Shown piece by piece: positions 26,919 to 37,066 of a DNA stretch of 64,000 bases; positions within the stretch are counted from its first letter, which is position 1; the number at the start of each line of letters is the position of its first letter. The position numbers and the translations under genes are program-made. The stretch is from contig CAYQCE010000005.1 of the NCBI GenBank assembly GCA_964415885.1, positions 40,141 through 104,140 on the forward strand, written 5' to 3'. This DNA comes from an uncultured Ignavibacteria bacterium (GTDB taxonomy: Bacteria > Zixibacteria > MSB-5A5 > JAABVY01 > JAHJOQ01). The notes beneath the pieces are model-generated. The model was not told where the DNA came from. It made no database searches and saw nothing but the letters and a program-made list of their open reading frames with translations.

Positions 26919-29345
26919 CTACCTGATCTCGAGTTCATATGGTGGAAGCAGAAACAGCCCTCTTAGTCTGCCCAGCCGGAAGCTCGACAGCGTGTTGAGG
27001 TCGGAATCGCCGACCAGAAGCGATATCGCACCCTGCGCAAGCGCTATCGGATCGAGGGTCGGAAATGTGAAGTAGCCCCGTGTTGGAAAGACTACAACCT
27101 CTGTCCTCTCATGATCAATTCCGCTTGATCGTATTGCCGCGTCTATCGCATCGCCGATTCCGCCGATTTCGTCTACGAGATGCGCCCTGTGGGCGCGCAG
27201 CCCACTGTATGTCCGTCCGCGAGCAAGGCTGTCAACGGCCTCGTACGACATGTTTCTGTTGTCGGCGACGAGATTGATGAAGTTCTCGTAGATCAGCTCG
27301 ACCTGGCGACGGACCTCCGCACGCTGTGATTCCGTGTAGTGACTGGATGCAGAGTATATGTCGGAATTCTCGCCCCGTTTGAAATGAAACGTCGACAGGC
27401 CTATCTTGTCGCGAAGTTCCTCGAAGACGGCTTTTCCGAATATCACGCCTATAGATCCCGTTACGGTAGTTCTGTCGGAGAATATCGAATCCGATGCTGC
27501 AGAAATGTAATAGCCTCCGGATGCTGCGACATTGCTCATGGATACAATAACGGGCATCTTGTCGCGCGTTCGCTGAAGTTCGCGATAAATAGCTTCTCCA
27601 CCGAGGACCTCACCGCCCGGAGTATTCACTCTCAGTACGAGCGCCCGTACGTGTGGCGTATTCCGCGCCCTGCGTATCGCGCCGACGATTACGTCTGAAC
27701 CGGTCGATTGCCCATCCCACAGGCTTGTATGGCTCTCACCGTATACCATCGGACCGGTGACCGGGACAACAGCGATCTTGTAAGGCTCTCCCCAGTCGGG
27801 ACTCTGGTCGTCCGTTTGAATGTAGCTCCAGAATCCGGACTGCCGATTCGAGTTCCCGCTTTCACGAGCCCACTCGGAGAACTCATCGGGGTACATGACC
27901 GCGTCGATCAGGCCCAGTTCTTTGGCCTCTATCGAGGGCACCGGGGCGTTGTCGATTATGCCTGTCAGGCTGTCTCGATCGATATTCCGTGCGGAGGCTA
28001 TGGCCGAGATAACTTCATCATATATGTCATCGAGAAGATCGTTTACCTGCTCCGCATGATATGGCGAGATCGAGTCTCTCGTTAGCGTGTAGGCCATGCT
28101 CTTGTACTTGCCGATATACTCCAGCTCAGCTTCGATTCCGAGCTTGTCCAGCGTACCGGTGTAATATGTGACTGTACCGAGAAGTCCGGTCAGAGAAATT
28201 GCATCCACCTTCTGCATCGCGATCCTGTCAGCAGCGGAGGCGAGGTAATATGAACCCGTACCGGATAGCGGTGCGAGAAACGCCGTGACAATCTTGCCCC
28301 TGCTCTTCAAACGCTTGATTTCGTCGCGCAACTCCTCCAGTTGTGCCCACCCGAGTCCCGGACTGTCGATATAGAGCGATAAGCTTGTTACGTGCGGATC
28401 ATTTGCGATCTTACGAACACCTACGATCATCTCCGTGAATGTTCTCGGCGGATTGACCCAGAGATAGCCTCCGTGCGTGTCCTCCGGAAAACCGCCGGAC
28501 AGATTCAATCGGACATCATGTTTCGGGGCAAGCGCGGCGTTCTCCTTTTTGTCGGCGAAAATGTTGTATTCGATTGTCCCGTGGCTCATCTCTGTGTTTT
28601 TGTCGAAGACGGTATAGCCTCGGGTGTGAGTCGACCCGAATGCGAATGAAAGCCCGGCACCGAATGCACCATCCTCGTCGACATGCCCGGAGATCCAGAG
28701 ACCTTCCTTGAGCCTGATTTCGGCGAAACCGGTCAGATGACCATCTTTGAATTTCTCACCGGAGTAGAACCCATAATCTGCCGCGAGAGTTAGTTCCTTG
28801 CCGAATGGACGATATCCGATGCCCAGCGTATACTCGACATCCGTTCTATCACCTTCGAATTTCATGCCGTTGATATTGTCCGCCACTAACCCTATCGAGA
28901 AGTTCTTCGGAGGCTGCATCAGAATCCCGACTTTCCAGAAGTGAGCGTTGTCGTATCCCTGCAAGTCAGTCTTGTAGAAGGTGTAAGACCCTCCGATGAG
29001 AAAGTCTCTTGTCTGTCCAGCAGCGAGGCCAAGTGACCATGAGCTCACTCCGGGATTGTTCAAGAGAGTCAGGTTGTGATATGCCGCACCGAATCCACTC
29101 CGCGAGAATATCACAGCGTTGTCGCCATTGAAGGTTGAGTCCTTGAACGAGTGATAGTAACCGAGCTGCGCGGACATATTGCTTCGAAGAGCGGCCGGGT
29201 TAAAATAGAACTTCTCGGCCCCCCACGCCGTCGCGACAGATCTCGGGGCATGTGGGTATATAAGGAACGGATATTTCTCACCGGCCAGACCGGAAGATGT
29301 CATAATTAATATCAGCAGGAGGGCATAATTTCGCAGCACCTTCAT
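26919..29345 (-). CDS. sppA: Signal peptide peptidase SppA (67K type, tandem S49 domains) with extra N-terminal beta-barrel-like domain
   Basis: Two S49 cores; catalytic-region motif AASGGYYISAASDSIFSDRTTVTGSIGV. Start set at the internal ATG (MKVLRNYALLLILIM), preceded by AAGGAG. An extra roughly 250-aa N-terminal region (FYFNPAALRS..., PorP/SprF- or OMP-like) precedes the protease. Confidence 0.85.
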   Translation of the reverse strand: MKVLRNYALLLILIMTSSGLAGEKYPFLIYPHAPRSVATAWGAEKFYFNPAALRSNMSAQLGYYHSFKDSTFNGDNAVIFSRSGFGAAYHNLTLLNNPGVSSWSLGLAAGQTRDFLIGGSYTFYKTDLQGYDNAHFWKVGILMQPPKNFSIGLVADNINGMKFEGDRTDVEYTLGIGYRPFGKELTLAADYGFYSGEKFKDGHLTGFAEIRLKEGLWISGHVDEDGAFGAGLSFAFGSTHTRGYTVFDKNTEMSHGTIEYNIFADKKENAALAPKHDVRLNLSGGFPEDTHGGYLWVNPPRTFTEMIVGVRKIANDPHVTSLSLYIDSPGLGWAQLEELRDEIKRLKSRGKIVTAFLAPLSGTGSYYLASAADRIAMQKVDAISLTGLLGTVTYYTGTLDKLGIEAELEYIGKYKSMAYTLTRDSISPYHAEQVNDLLDDIYDEVISAIASARNIDRDSLTGIIDNAPVPSIEAKELGLIDAVMYPDEFSEWARESGNSNRQSGFWSYIQTDDQSPDWGEPYKIAVVPVTGPMVYGESHTSLWDGQSTGSDVIVGAIRRARNTPHVRALVLRVNTPGGEVLGGEAIYRELQRTRDKMPVIVSMSNVAASGGYYISAASDSIFSDRTTVTGSIGVIFGKAVFEELRDKIGLSTFHFKRGENSDIYSASSHYTESQRAEVRRQVELIYENFINLVADNRNMSYEAVDSLARGRTYSGLRAHRAHLVDEIGGIGDAIDAAIRSSGIDHERTEVVVFPTRGYFTFPTLDPIALAQGAISLLVGDSDLNTLSSFRLGRLRGLFLLPPYELEIR

Positions 29346-29517
29346 AGCGAACGCTCCTTGTTCACGATTCATCGATACAGACTAATGAAACAAATCGGAT
29401 GAACACACAGCCCGCTCATCCTGATTGACAATCATAGATAATCGAAGAAGCTGCGCAACAAAAGATTTTGGGGATAATCCCGGCCAATGAGGTAAAATGG
29501 AGTTTGATGCGAGATAT

Positions 29518-30591
29518 CTACGGTGTAGTGAAGAACCTCTTGCCTCTGACGTTCACAGTGCCGATACCCTCAAGCTCAACGGAGATCTTCGAGTCGGGAT
29601 TATCGGTCCGGGCAATCAGCCGCTCGCGGTCGAGTTCTATCGGAATTACCGGAATGCCCGATAAGTATATCCTGCCGCCCCGATCGACATTGATGTCGAA
29701 TCGGACCTCCGTATCTTCGGGGAGAATCACCGAAACGTTCGAGAAATTGTCCTCGATGTGCAGCGTGGCACCCTTGAGCGAGATCAACTCGGCATCGATC
29801 GCGCTGTATGTCGTCGACAGGCGGGACCGTCCTTCCGTCAGCGAAACGCCACGCACGTCTAACGGCCCGTTCGAGGTTTCGCACTCCAGCACTCCGGTGA
29901 AACGGGACACCTCGATCAACCCAAACTCGTTCCTGAATCGAGCGCTCTTGTCTCTCGTGTCGATGTTCTCCGCATGAATCTTGTTGTTAGATGTAGAAAC
30001 ATCGATCTCGCCCTGTATATCGGAAACCCGGACATAGCTGTTGTCGGTCACAACGGAAAGGCCGTCGCTCACATTTGAGACCCTGACCCTGCCGAACTCA
30101 TTGATGATCCGGGCGGTCTTGAATGGTCCGGTGATATTTATGTCGAAGTAGACGGCATTCAGCTCCACGACCAGCGATTCCGGGAGGCTGACTTCAAGGT
30201 CAATCCTTGCGCTCTGATCAGTTCCTCTCCATGGCGCCTCGCGGCTGGCTCGAGCCGCAATATGAAGATCGTTGCCGGACTTATGCTGCTCGAGCACTAT
30301 ATAGTCCGCGAATCTCTGCGCCTCTTCAAGTGAACCCGCCTTGAAATGAAGTACGTATTTCATGGCGTGGCCGGTTTTTGCGGACTTGAGACTGATATTG
30401 CCGGAAAAGCCGCCATCCGCCTGGAATATGAATCTGTCCACGTCACCGACGTCGAGAGCCTCACCCACCTGCTCCGATTCATACACATTTCGAGAGATAC
30501 TCACTATCTTGAGATTCTGAGCGATCAGTGCAGCGGGAGCTATCAGCGTTATGCTGAGCAGGATGATTGCGATGACAAAGATCTGTCTCAT
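29518..30591 (-). CDS. DUF4097-family putative adhesin (beta-helix repeats), secreted
   Basis: Start at internal Met (MRQIFVIAIILLSITLIAPAALIA signal peptide) with a GGAGAT RBS. Repetitive V/I-rich beta-solenoid-type segments typical of DUF4097 (YvlB-like). Confidence 0.65.
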   Translation of the reverse strand: MRQIFVIAIILLSITLIAPAALIAQNLKIVSISRNVYESEQVGEALDVGDVDRFIFQADGGFSGNISLKSAKTGHAMKYVLHFKAGSLEEAQRFADYIVLEQHKSGNDLHIAARASREAPWRGTDQSARIDLEVSLPESLVVELNAVYFDINITGPFKTARIINEFGRVRVSNVSDGLSVVTDNSYVRVSDIQGEIDVSTSNNKIHAENIDTRDKSARFRNEFGLIEVSRFTGVLECETSNGPLDVRGVSLTEGRSRLSTTYSAIDAELISLKGATLHIEDNFSNVSVILPEDTEVRFDINVDRGGRIYLSGIPVIPIELDRERLIARTDNPDSKISVELEGIGTVNVRGKRFFTTP

Positions 30592-30663
30592 ATCAGAGTA
30601 TCTCCTCGGGTATTCTACGTCTGAATACGATAGTAAGCGTGTGTTGTTTCTCCGCGCAAGCAT

Positions 30664-31440
30664 TTACTTGTTCATCATCGAAAAGAGATACATCGCAATG
30701 CCGGCGGCGATCGGAGCGGACAAAGACTCACACGCTTCATTTATCGGTATTCTGAACAGCTTGTCGCACAATGGAATGATCTCATCCGAGATGCCGTGAG
30801 CCTCGTTCCCGATCACCAGCGCTAACTTGTTGTCGTGATGGGTGTTGCCATTAGAATCGCCGTCGGAATCTGTGCCGACTATATTGTATCCTGATTTCTT
30901 CAATTGGGTTAGCGATTCAACCACATCCACACCTCTGTATAACCGCAAGTGAAACAGGTTTCCGGCCGAGCTTCGTATCACCTTCGGTGCAAGCGGGTCG
31001 GCGGTGCCGTCCCGAAGTACAATATCCTCGAATCCGAACGCGAGCGCTGAACGCAGAATCGCTCCCAGATTGGATGGATCAGAAATCCGATCGAGGATCA
31101 GCACTCGATTCCCCGTCGGAGCCTCGCCGAGCAAAGGGAACGCACTCTCGGATGCGATAGCCAACATTCCCTGGGACGCTCGTGAGTCATCAATACGGTC
31201 AACCTCCGACGGCGAAGCATCGATTGTTTCGATTTCCTTAGCGTTGAGTTGAGTGAGATAGTCACGGCCGTACTCGGTCAGGGCTTCTCTGGCGACCACT
31301 ATGCTCTTCAGGTCGATTCCGGCTTTGACTGCCTCCTCGATTGCTCGGACTCCGCTGATCAAAAACAGGGAGTGCTTTTTTCGTCCCTTAGACGTTGACA
31401 GCGATTTGTACACAGACAATCTTGCTTTGGAGAGTCTCAT
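30664..31440 (-). CDS. TrmH/SpoU-family RNA 2'-O-methyltransferase (RlmB-like)
   Basis: SPOUT fold motifs LVIGNEAHGISDEI and SLSAPIAAGIAMY; N-terminal substrate-binding region LFLISGVRAIEEAVKAG. Internal Met start chosen because the long ORF start would overlap the divergent patatin gene. Confidence 0.8.
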   Translation of the reverse strand: MRLSKARLSVYKSLSTSKGRKKHSLFLISGVRAIEEAVKAGIDLKSIVVAREALTEYGRDYLTQLNAKEIETIDASPSEVDRIDDSRASQGMLAIASESAFPLLGEAPTGNRVLILDRISDPSNLGAILRSALAFGFEDIVLRDGTADPLAPKVIRSSAGNLFHLRLYRGVDVVESLTQLKKSGYNIVGTDSDGDSNGNTHHDNKLALVIGNEAHGISDEIIPLCDKLFRIPINEACESLSAPIAAGIAMYLFSMMNK

Positions 31441-31530
31441 ATCAATCAAGGACTTAAAATGTTGCGAAAGTGTCAAGGAGAATAGATGATTTCGGTTGCC
31501 TGCAGCCCGTATCGAATTTAGTTTTAAGTT

Positions 31531-34170
31531 ATGAATATTCGTCACCGTTTGCCGCTTCTCATCTCAATCGCTTTTCTGACGCTCATTTTGTCAGCGCCCT
31601 CGCTTTGTGCCGATACGACACTTGTCGAAATCTCGGTGGTCGATCTGTTCAAGGCGGGCTATCCCGAGTCAGCCGAAAGATCACCGTCCCCCCGAACAGC
31701 CCTTGTTCTATCAGGCGGTGGTGCACGCGGAATCGCTCAGATCGGCCTGCTGAAAGCAATCGAGGAGCACGAAATCGAAATCGATCTCATAGTAGGGACC
31801 AGCATGGGCGGGATTCTGGGCGGTCTCTGGGCAGCGGGCTTTACAGCAGACAGCCTTGCCGGTCTCGCTCGAAGTGTCGATTGGGGAGGTTTCTTCTCAG
31901 ATCGACCTCGACGATCCAATTTGTTCCTAACGCAGAAAGAGGAGGGCGAAAAGAACCTGCTGACTCTACGATTCGACGGGTTGAAACCAACGATACCGAC
32001 CGCACTGACTGCGGGACAGAAACTCACATCGCTACTGAATCGACTCTCGATGGAGACAAACTACCGGTCACAGCACGATTTCGACAAACTCGATATTCCG
32101 TTGAGAGTTTGTGCGGTTGATATTCTCACCGGCACTCCCGTCGTAATCAAATCCGGGAATCTCGCGGACGCGCTGCGTGCTACGATGGCTGTGCCGCTTG
32201 CGTTCACGCCGCTCGAGATGGACTCTATGATGTTGATGGATGGCGGTCTTTTGATGCCTATCCCTGTCGAGGTGGCGCGACAGGAGGGGGCGGACTTTGT
32301 AATCGCCGGGAACACAACATCCGGACTCCTCGGGCGCGATCAGATATCGGACCCGATCGACATCGCCAATCAAACGACAACCATAATGCAGCTGGCGGCG
32401 CGCGAGTCAGAACTCGCCGATGCCGATTTCGTGATCAAGCCGGAACTGGATGACCAGGTGGCGACCGACTTCACCGGTATCGATGATCTGATCGAGGCGG
32501 GTTATGTTGCGGCAATGCGTATGATGCCGGAGATCAAAGCCGCACTCAGTGAGGTGAGCGTCGTTGCTGTCGACACGACTGCAATTTGTGTCGATACGGT
32601 AGTTGTACCGGCTGCACTCGAGATGCAGTCTCAAATCGACAATCTTCGCAGTTTCAGCATCTTCGAGCGAAACATTCCGATTTCACTCCTTCGAGAAACC
32701 GCCCGGGAACTGATCATGTCCGGAGCTGCCTCCAGGGTTCTTATCAGTAACAGCTATGAATCTGGTGCAAGTGTGCTTCGTTTTCATGCGGATGTCTTTC
32801 GTCCCGATGCCGGGTTGAAAGTCGTCGGAAATGAGACACTTGCGGATTCCAGAATTCGCTCCGCGCTCGATACCGTCAAGATCGGTACAAGACCTTTGCA
32901 CGGTCTCAAGACTGCAGTGAATGCTCTCGAGCAGGTCTATATCGAGAACGGCTACGATTTGATGGCGGTTGATTCGATCAAGTACGATCTGTTGACCAAC
33001 AACAACAATATCTATGTCTCCGAGGGATTGATTCACAGGATCATGGTGATCGGCAACGAACGAACCAAGGGATGGGTAATCAAGCGCAATTTCACACTCA
33101 AGGTCGGCGAACCGTTTAACCTCGGCAAGGCCGAGGAGGGAATGAGCAACATCTTTTCCACGGGCCTCTTCGAACGAGTGAACTTCGATATTGAGAATGA
33201 CTCGGGGCGCGTGATTGTCTGGATAGACGTGAGGGAGAAGGACTATTTCCTCATCCGCTATGGTGCACACTATCACGATCACTATCATGCGGAGAATTAT
33301 CTCGATTTCGCGGATGCCAACATTCTCGGGTTCTCCAATGAGCTGTTCTTTCGGGTCATGTACGGCGAGGTCCGGAAGTATTACAGCGTGCATCTCAAAG
33401 CAGACCGGATTTTCGAGACATACCTGACGTATCATCTGAAGCTCTACCACAATCGACTTAAGCGTGACCGATATGTCGATAATAAATCGATCGGAGTCGA
33501 TCGGGAGAGGCGTACGGGAGCGCACCTGACTTTCGGGCAGCAGATAGCACGATTCGGCACTCTGACTGCGGAAGCGCGGGCAGAACAGGTCCGAGTCGAC
33601 TTGCCGGGTCAGGCCGGTGTGATGCACCGGAATATCCGCAGCCTGATCTTCCGGTCGCGAGTCGACAACATGGACGAGTACCCGTTTCCGGATCATGGCA
33701 TTGCGGCACACATGTATGTGGAGCTTGCCTCAGACATTCTCGGTGGCGAGGACAGATTTAACAAGGCCTACTTCGAATTGCGGGCGCAGGTGCCTCTGAG
33801 CAGCCGGCTCGGATTGCAGCCCGAGTTCGCGCTCGGCCTCTCAGACGCCAACCTCCCGCGCTTCGAGAAATTCTTCATAGGCGGCAATCGCACTCTCTAT
33901 GGTTATCGTTTCGAGGCACTCGAGGGAGACAATGTGTTCCGGGGGAACCTCGGCCTTCGCGTAGAACTGCCGTTCCGATTCTATCTGACGGGTCGGTATG
34001 ATGTCGGGGACGTCTGGACATCCATCGAGGAACTGAACTTCGAGAATCTGAGACATGCCTTCGGGTTCGGCCTTGATTATGACTCTCCGTTCGGCCCGAT
34101 TTCGGTTTCATACGGCCGCGCCGAGAACAAGTACGACCGGGTCTATATCGATGTCGGCTACAACTTCTGA
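31531..34170 (+). CDS. Patatin-like phospholipase with C-terminal Omp85/BamA-type beta-barrel (PlpD-like, type Vd autotransporter)
   Basis: Signal peptide; patatin motifs GGGARG (oxyanion) and GTSMG (GxSxG nucleophile); central POTRA-like region; C-terminal surface-antigen barrel ending GYNF (aromatic terminal residue). Confidence 0.9.
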   Translation: MNIRHRLPLLISIAFLTLILSAPSLCADTTLVEISVVDLFKAGYPESAERSPSPRTALVLSGGGARGIAQIGLLKAIEEHEIEIDLIVGTSMGGILGGLWAAGFTADSLAGLARSVDWGGFFSDRPRRSNLFLTQKEEGEKNLLTLRFDGLKPTIPTALTAGQKLTSLLNRLSMETNYRSQHDFDKLDIPLRVCAVDILTGTPVVIKSGNLADALRATMAVPLAFTPLEMDSMMLMDGGLLMPIPVEVARQEGADFVIAGNTTSGLLGRDQISDPIDIANQTTTIMQLAARESELADADFVIKPELDDQVATDFTGIDDLIEAGYVAAMRMMPEIKAALSEVSVVAVDTTAICVDTVVVPAALEMQSQIDNLRSFSIFERNIPISLLRETARELIMSGAASRVLISNSYESGASVLRFHADVFRPDAGLKVVGNETLADSRIRSALDTVKIGTRPLHGLKTAVNALEQVYIENGYDLMAVDSIKYDLLTNNNNIYVSEGLIHRIMVIGNERTKGWVIKRNFTLKVGEPFNLGKAEEGMSNIFSTGLFERVNFDIENDSGRVIVWIDVREKDYFLIRYGAHYHDHYHAENYLDFADANILGFSNELFFRVMYGEVRKYYSVHLKADRIFETYLTYHLKLYHNRLKRDRYVDNKSIGVDRERRTGAHLTFGQQIARFGTLTAEARAEQVRVDLPGQAGVMHRNIRSLIFRSRVDNMDEYPFPDHGIAAHMYVELASDILGGEDRFNKAYFELRAQVPLSSRLGLQPEFALGLSDANLPRFEKFFIGGNRTLYGYRFEALEGDNVFRGNLGLRVELPFRFYLTGRYDVGDVWTSIEELNFENLRHAFGFGLDYDSPFGPISVSYGRAENKYDRVYIDVGYNF

Positions 34171-35054
34171 GCCACCGGCTTGGGACGCATCGCGAGATAA
34201 ATGCCGAGCAGAACCAGCGCCGCTCCTATCACGAACCGCAGAGTGATTGTCTCCTCCAGAAATATCCAGCCGAGAAACAGAGCAACAACCGGCGTTACGA
34301 AGCCCACGAGAGAGGCTCTTACCGCTTCGAGACGCGAGAGCAGGAAGAAGAACCCCCAGAATGCAAACGCCGTCCCGAAAACCGAGTTGTATATCGTGGG
34401 GAGGATCATTCCGGAATCGAACTCGATCGAACCGTAATCCTCGAAAGCGAGAGCAAGCACGAGCAGCACAAAAAAACCGGAAATCATCTGCGTGTGAGTC
34501 AGGACGAGGGGGTCAATGTCCCGTAAATAACGCCTGACATAGACAGTGGCGAAACCTGCCGATGAGGCTCCGAGGATTATGAGAAATGATCCGAACGCCG
34601 CTCCCTCTCCCTGCAGCGATATGTCCGTGTAGTATATGACTACGAGTCCTGCGAAGCCCGATAATATCCCACTGAGTTTCTGCAGGGTCATCCGCTCATT
34701 TGGGAGCATCCACACGGCGAATATCGCGACGAAGAAGGTGACTGTGGCGAAGAGTATCGCCGCAAGCCCCGAAGAGACATGCCCCTGACCCCAGTAGACA
34801 AAGCTGTAACTCAATGCGTATGAAAAGACTCCGGAAAAGAGAATCTTGCCGATATTCGACCATGCAGGAGAGAAATCTGGTTTCTTGAAGAGGATTATCA
34901 GGCCGAGCGCCAGATACGACACAACGAACCTGGCGGTCGCGAGCCAGAATGGAGGTGCCGAACCGAGTCCTATCTTGACCACGAACCAGTTCGCCCCCCA
35001 GAACAGGGCGACGAGCATAAAGACGGTTGCGTTCTTGTACTCGGGACGCTCCAT
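34158..35054 (-). CDS. EamA-family (DMT superfamily) transporter
   Basis: 298 aa, 10 TM helices in two EamA repeats (VALFWGANWFVVKIGL...). Confidence 0.9.
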   Translation of the reverse strand: MERPEYKNATVFMLVALFWGANWFVVKIGLGSAPPFWLATARFVVSYLALGLIILFKKPDFSPAWSNIGKILFSGVFSYALSYSFVYWGQGHVSSGLAAILFATVTFFVAIFAVWMLPNERMTLQKLSGILSGFAGLVVIYYTDISLQGEGAAFGSFLIILGASSAGFATVYVRRYLRDIDPLVLTHTQMISGFFVLLVLALAFEDYGSIEFDSGMILPTIYNSVFGTAFAFWGFFFLLSRLEAVRASLVGFVTPVVALFLGWIFLEETITLRFVIGAALVLLGIYLAMRPKPVAQKL

Positions 35055-35400
35055 AATACCTCATCGAATCCGGATCCCAATCTCAGAACTGTATAAAATA
35101 GCACATTTCATGAATGTTCCCAAAGACGTTTCGAATTGTCTGTAGCTTTCTGCGATGGAACATGTTACACCTGGTGCTGTTTTAACTTAAGGACCTTTTT
35201 TGAAAAAAACCTTGGAATATGAGACAAGATTGATAAGTATCTAAGCAACAATATCTTGTTATGATGGGCTTTAACCCTTACCGGAGGAATAAGAGAAAGC
35301 CTCGTCAACATAACCGTTTCATTAGGCTGAGACTGGTCCCCCGGCGGGAGTTCCTTCGGATTCGACCAACAAACCAGCAGAAAGTGAGAGGCTGACAGTT

Positions 35401-35880
35401 TTGACTGAAAAAGAGACTAAGACCGAACCGCAGACAGAACTCAAAATCCACGTACTCAGAAGCAGAGACGACTTCCCCTCCTGGACATCCTTTGATGATC
35501 TCGCTGAGTGGCTCCATGAGAGCCTTAAACCGTACGAAGATACGATCAAGGATATTAAATCCGGAATGGACTTCGCGCTGTCGGACGAGCCGAACAAGGG
35601 CGGGTTCATTCTCCTCGGTGAGAAGAACGAGAAGACCGTGGGCGCTCTCGTTATGCTTCATACACCGATGGAGGGATACATCCCGCCGAATATTCTCCTG
35701 TTCGTGGCTGTCGATCCGTCACAGCGTGGCCAGGGTGTCGGTGGCAAGATCGTCAAGAAGGGCTTCGAAACTGCAGATGGCGATGTCAAGCTGCATGTCG
35801 AATATGACAACCCCGCCAAGCGCCTCTACGAAAGACTCGGCATGACCAACAAGTATGCCGAGATGAGGTATGAAAAATGA
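35401..35880 (+). CDS. GNAT-family N-acetyltransferase
   Basis: Acetyl-CoA binding motif VAVDPSQRGQGVGGKIVKKG (Q/RxxGxG/A); 159 aa; TTG start with upstream GAGAGG. Confidence 0.8.
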   Translation: MTEKETKTEPQTELKIHVLRSRDDFPSWTSFDDLAEWLHESLKPYEDTIKDIKSGMDFALSDEPNKGGFILLGEKNEKTVGALVMLHTPMEGYIPPNILLFVAVDPSQRGQGVGGKIVKKGFETADGDVKLHVEYDNPAKRLYERLGMTNKYAEMRYEK

Positions 35881-37034
35881 ACCGAGTGATAATCGATCTC
35901 CCGAGACTTAGGCATAATCTCTCGGAGATCGCGGGCTGGATGGAAAAGCAGGACGCGTCGTGGACTGTTGTGACAAAGGTCTTGTGTGGGCACACCGATT
36001 CGATTCGTGCGCTCCAAATGCTCGGAGTGCGCTCGATCGGTGACTCCCGACTTGAGAATATATCTCACATCGAACGTGTCATACCGAATCTGGAAAGCTG
36101 GTATCTGCGCGTTCCCGATCTCTCCTCAATTGAGGATGTTATCCGGTTTGCGGATGTCAGTCTGAACAGCGAGCTGGATGTAATCAGCGAACTCGATGAT
36201 GAGGCCGGCCGACAGAAAAAGACCCATCGGGTCATAATAATGATCGAGCTGGGGGATCTTCGCGAGGGGATTCTCCCCGGAGCACTCATGGATTTCTACG
36301 AAAAGGTGTTCATGCTCGACAATATTGAGGTGATTGGAATCGGAGCGAACCTCGGATGTCTCGCCGGTGCAGTACCTACGGTGGATCAGTTCATGCAGTT
36401 GATCCTGTACCGGGAATTACTCGAGCTGAAATTCAAACAGAAGCTCTATATGATATCCGGCGGATCGTCTGCGGTGCTCCCACTCGTTCTCGACGGCTCG
36501 CTTCCCGATCCTATTAACCACTTTCGTATCGGCGAGGCCATCTTCCTCGGTACGGATTTGATTAACGGCGGCACGCTTCCGGGACTGCGCGATGATGCAA
36601 TAGTCCTCGAGGCAGAAATCGCCGAGATCAAGGAGAAAGGGCTGGCGCCTCCGGGGGAGACAGGAACCAAGACACCGTTCGAGTCGAACAACGACGGCTC
36701 GGACCCTCCGAGCGCTCGGAGAGGGCACAGGGCGCTCGTTAGCGTGGGGCAGCTCGACACCGACATTAACGGTTTGACTCCGCTTAACCCGGAGCATGAG
36801 ATAGCCGGAGCCAGCAGCGACATACTCGTTGTCAATGTTGGTGACAATTCTCAAAATCTGAAGGTTGGCGATTCGATCAAGTTCAAGCTGAACTACTCCG
36901 CGCTTCTCCGACTCATGAGCAGCAGATACATCGACAAGGAAGTGCAGCCGAGTCTGAGCGAATTCGAGAGTACGCTGTCGCACAAGACGCTCGCCAATCT
37001 TAGTCCGGTTCTGGAGGATTTCGACGAAGAGTAG
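35877..37034 (+). CDS. Alanine-racemase-fold PLP enzyme (predicted amino-acid racemase, COG3457/YhfX-like)
   Basis: TIM-barrel N-domain with VVTKVLCG (PLP-lysine region) and a C-terminal beta domain; ATGA overlap with the GNAT gene. Confidence 0.6.
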   Translation: MNRVIIDLPRLRHNLSEIAGWMEKQDASWTVVTKVLCGHTDSIRALQMLGVRSIGDSRLENISHIERVIPNLESWYLRVPDLSSIEDVIRFADVSLNSELDVISELDDEAGRQKKTHRVIIMIELGDLREGILPGALMDFYEKVFMLDNIEVIGIGANLGCLAGAVPTVDQFMQLILYRELLELKFKQKLYMISGGSSAVLPLVLDGSLPDPINHFRIGEAIFLGTDLINGGTLPGLRDDAIVLEAEIAEIKEKGLAPPGETGTKTPFESNNDGSDPPSARRGHRALVSVGQLDTDINGLTPLNPEHEIAGASSDILVVNVGDNSQNLKVGDSIKFKLNYSALLRLMSSRYIDKEVQPSLSEFESTLSHKTLANLSPVLEDFDEE

Positions 37035-37066
37035 CAGCACGCTCGTAAGTTTGACAGGAGGCATGC

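Noticed and set aside
32683-33711. 342-aa minus-strand ORF
   Set aside because: It lies entirely antisense within the strongly supported patatin-Omp85 gene. High-GC antisense frames commonly stay open.
35055-35400. Structured-looking 345-bp leader upstream of the GNAT gene (GGAGGAATAAGAGAAAGCCUCG...CCCCCGGCGGGAGUUCC), considered as a riboswitch
   Set aside because: It does not match any riboswitch consensus I can recall (glycine, guanidine/ykkC, SAM, c-di-GMP). Left unannotated pending an Rfam scan.
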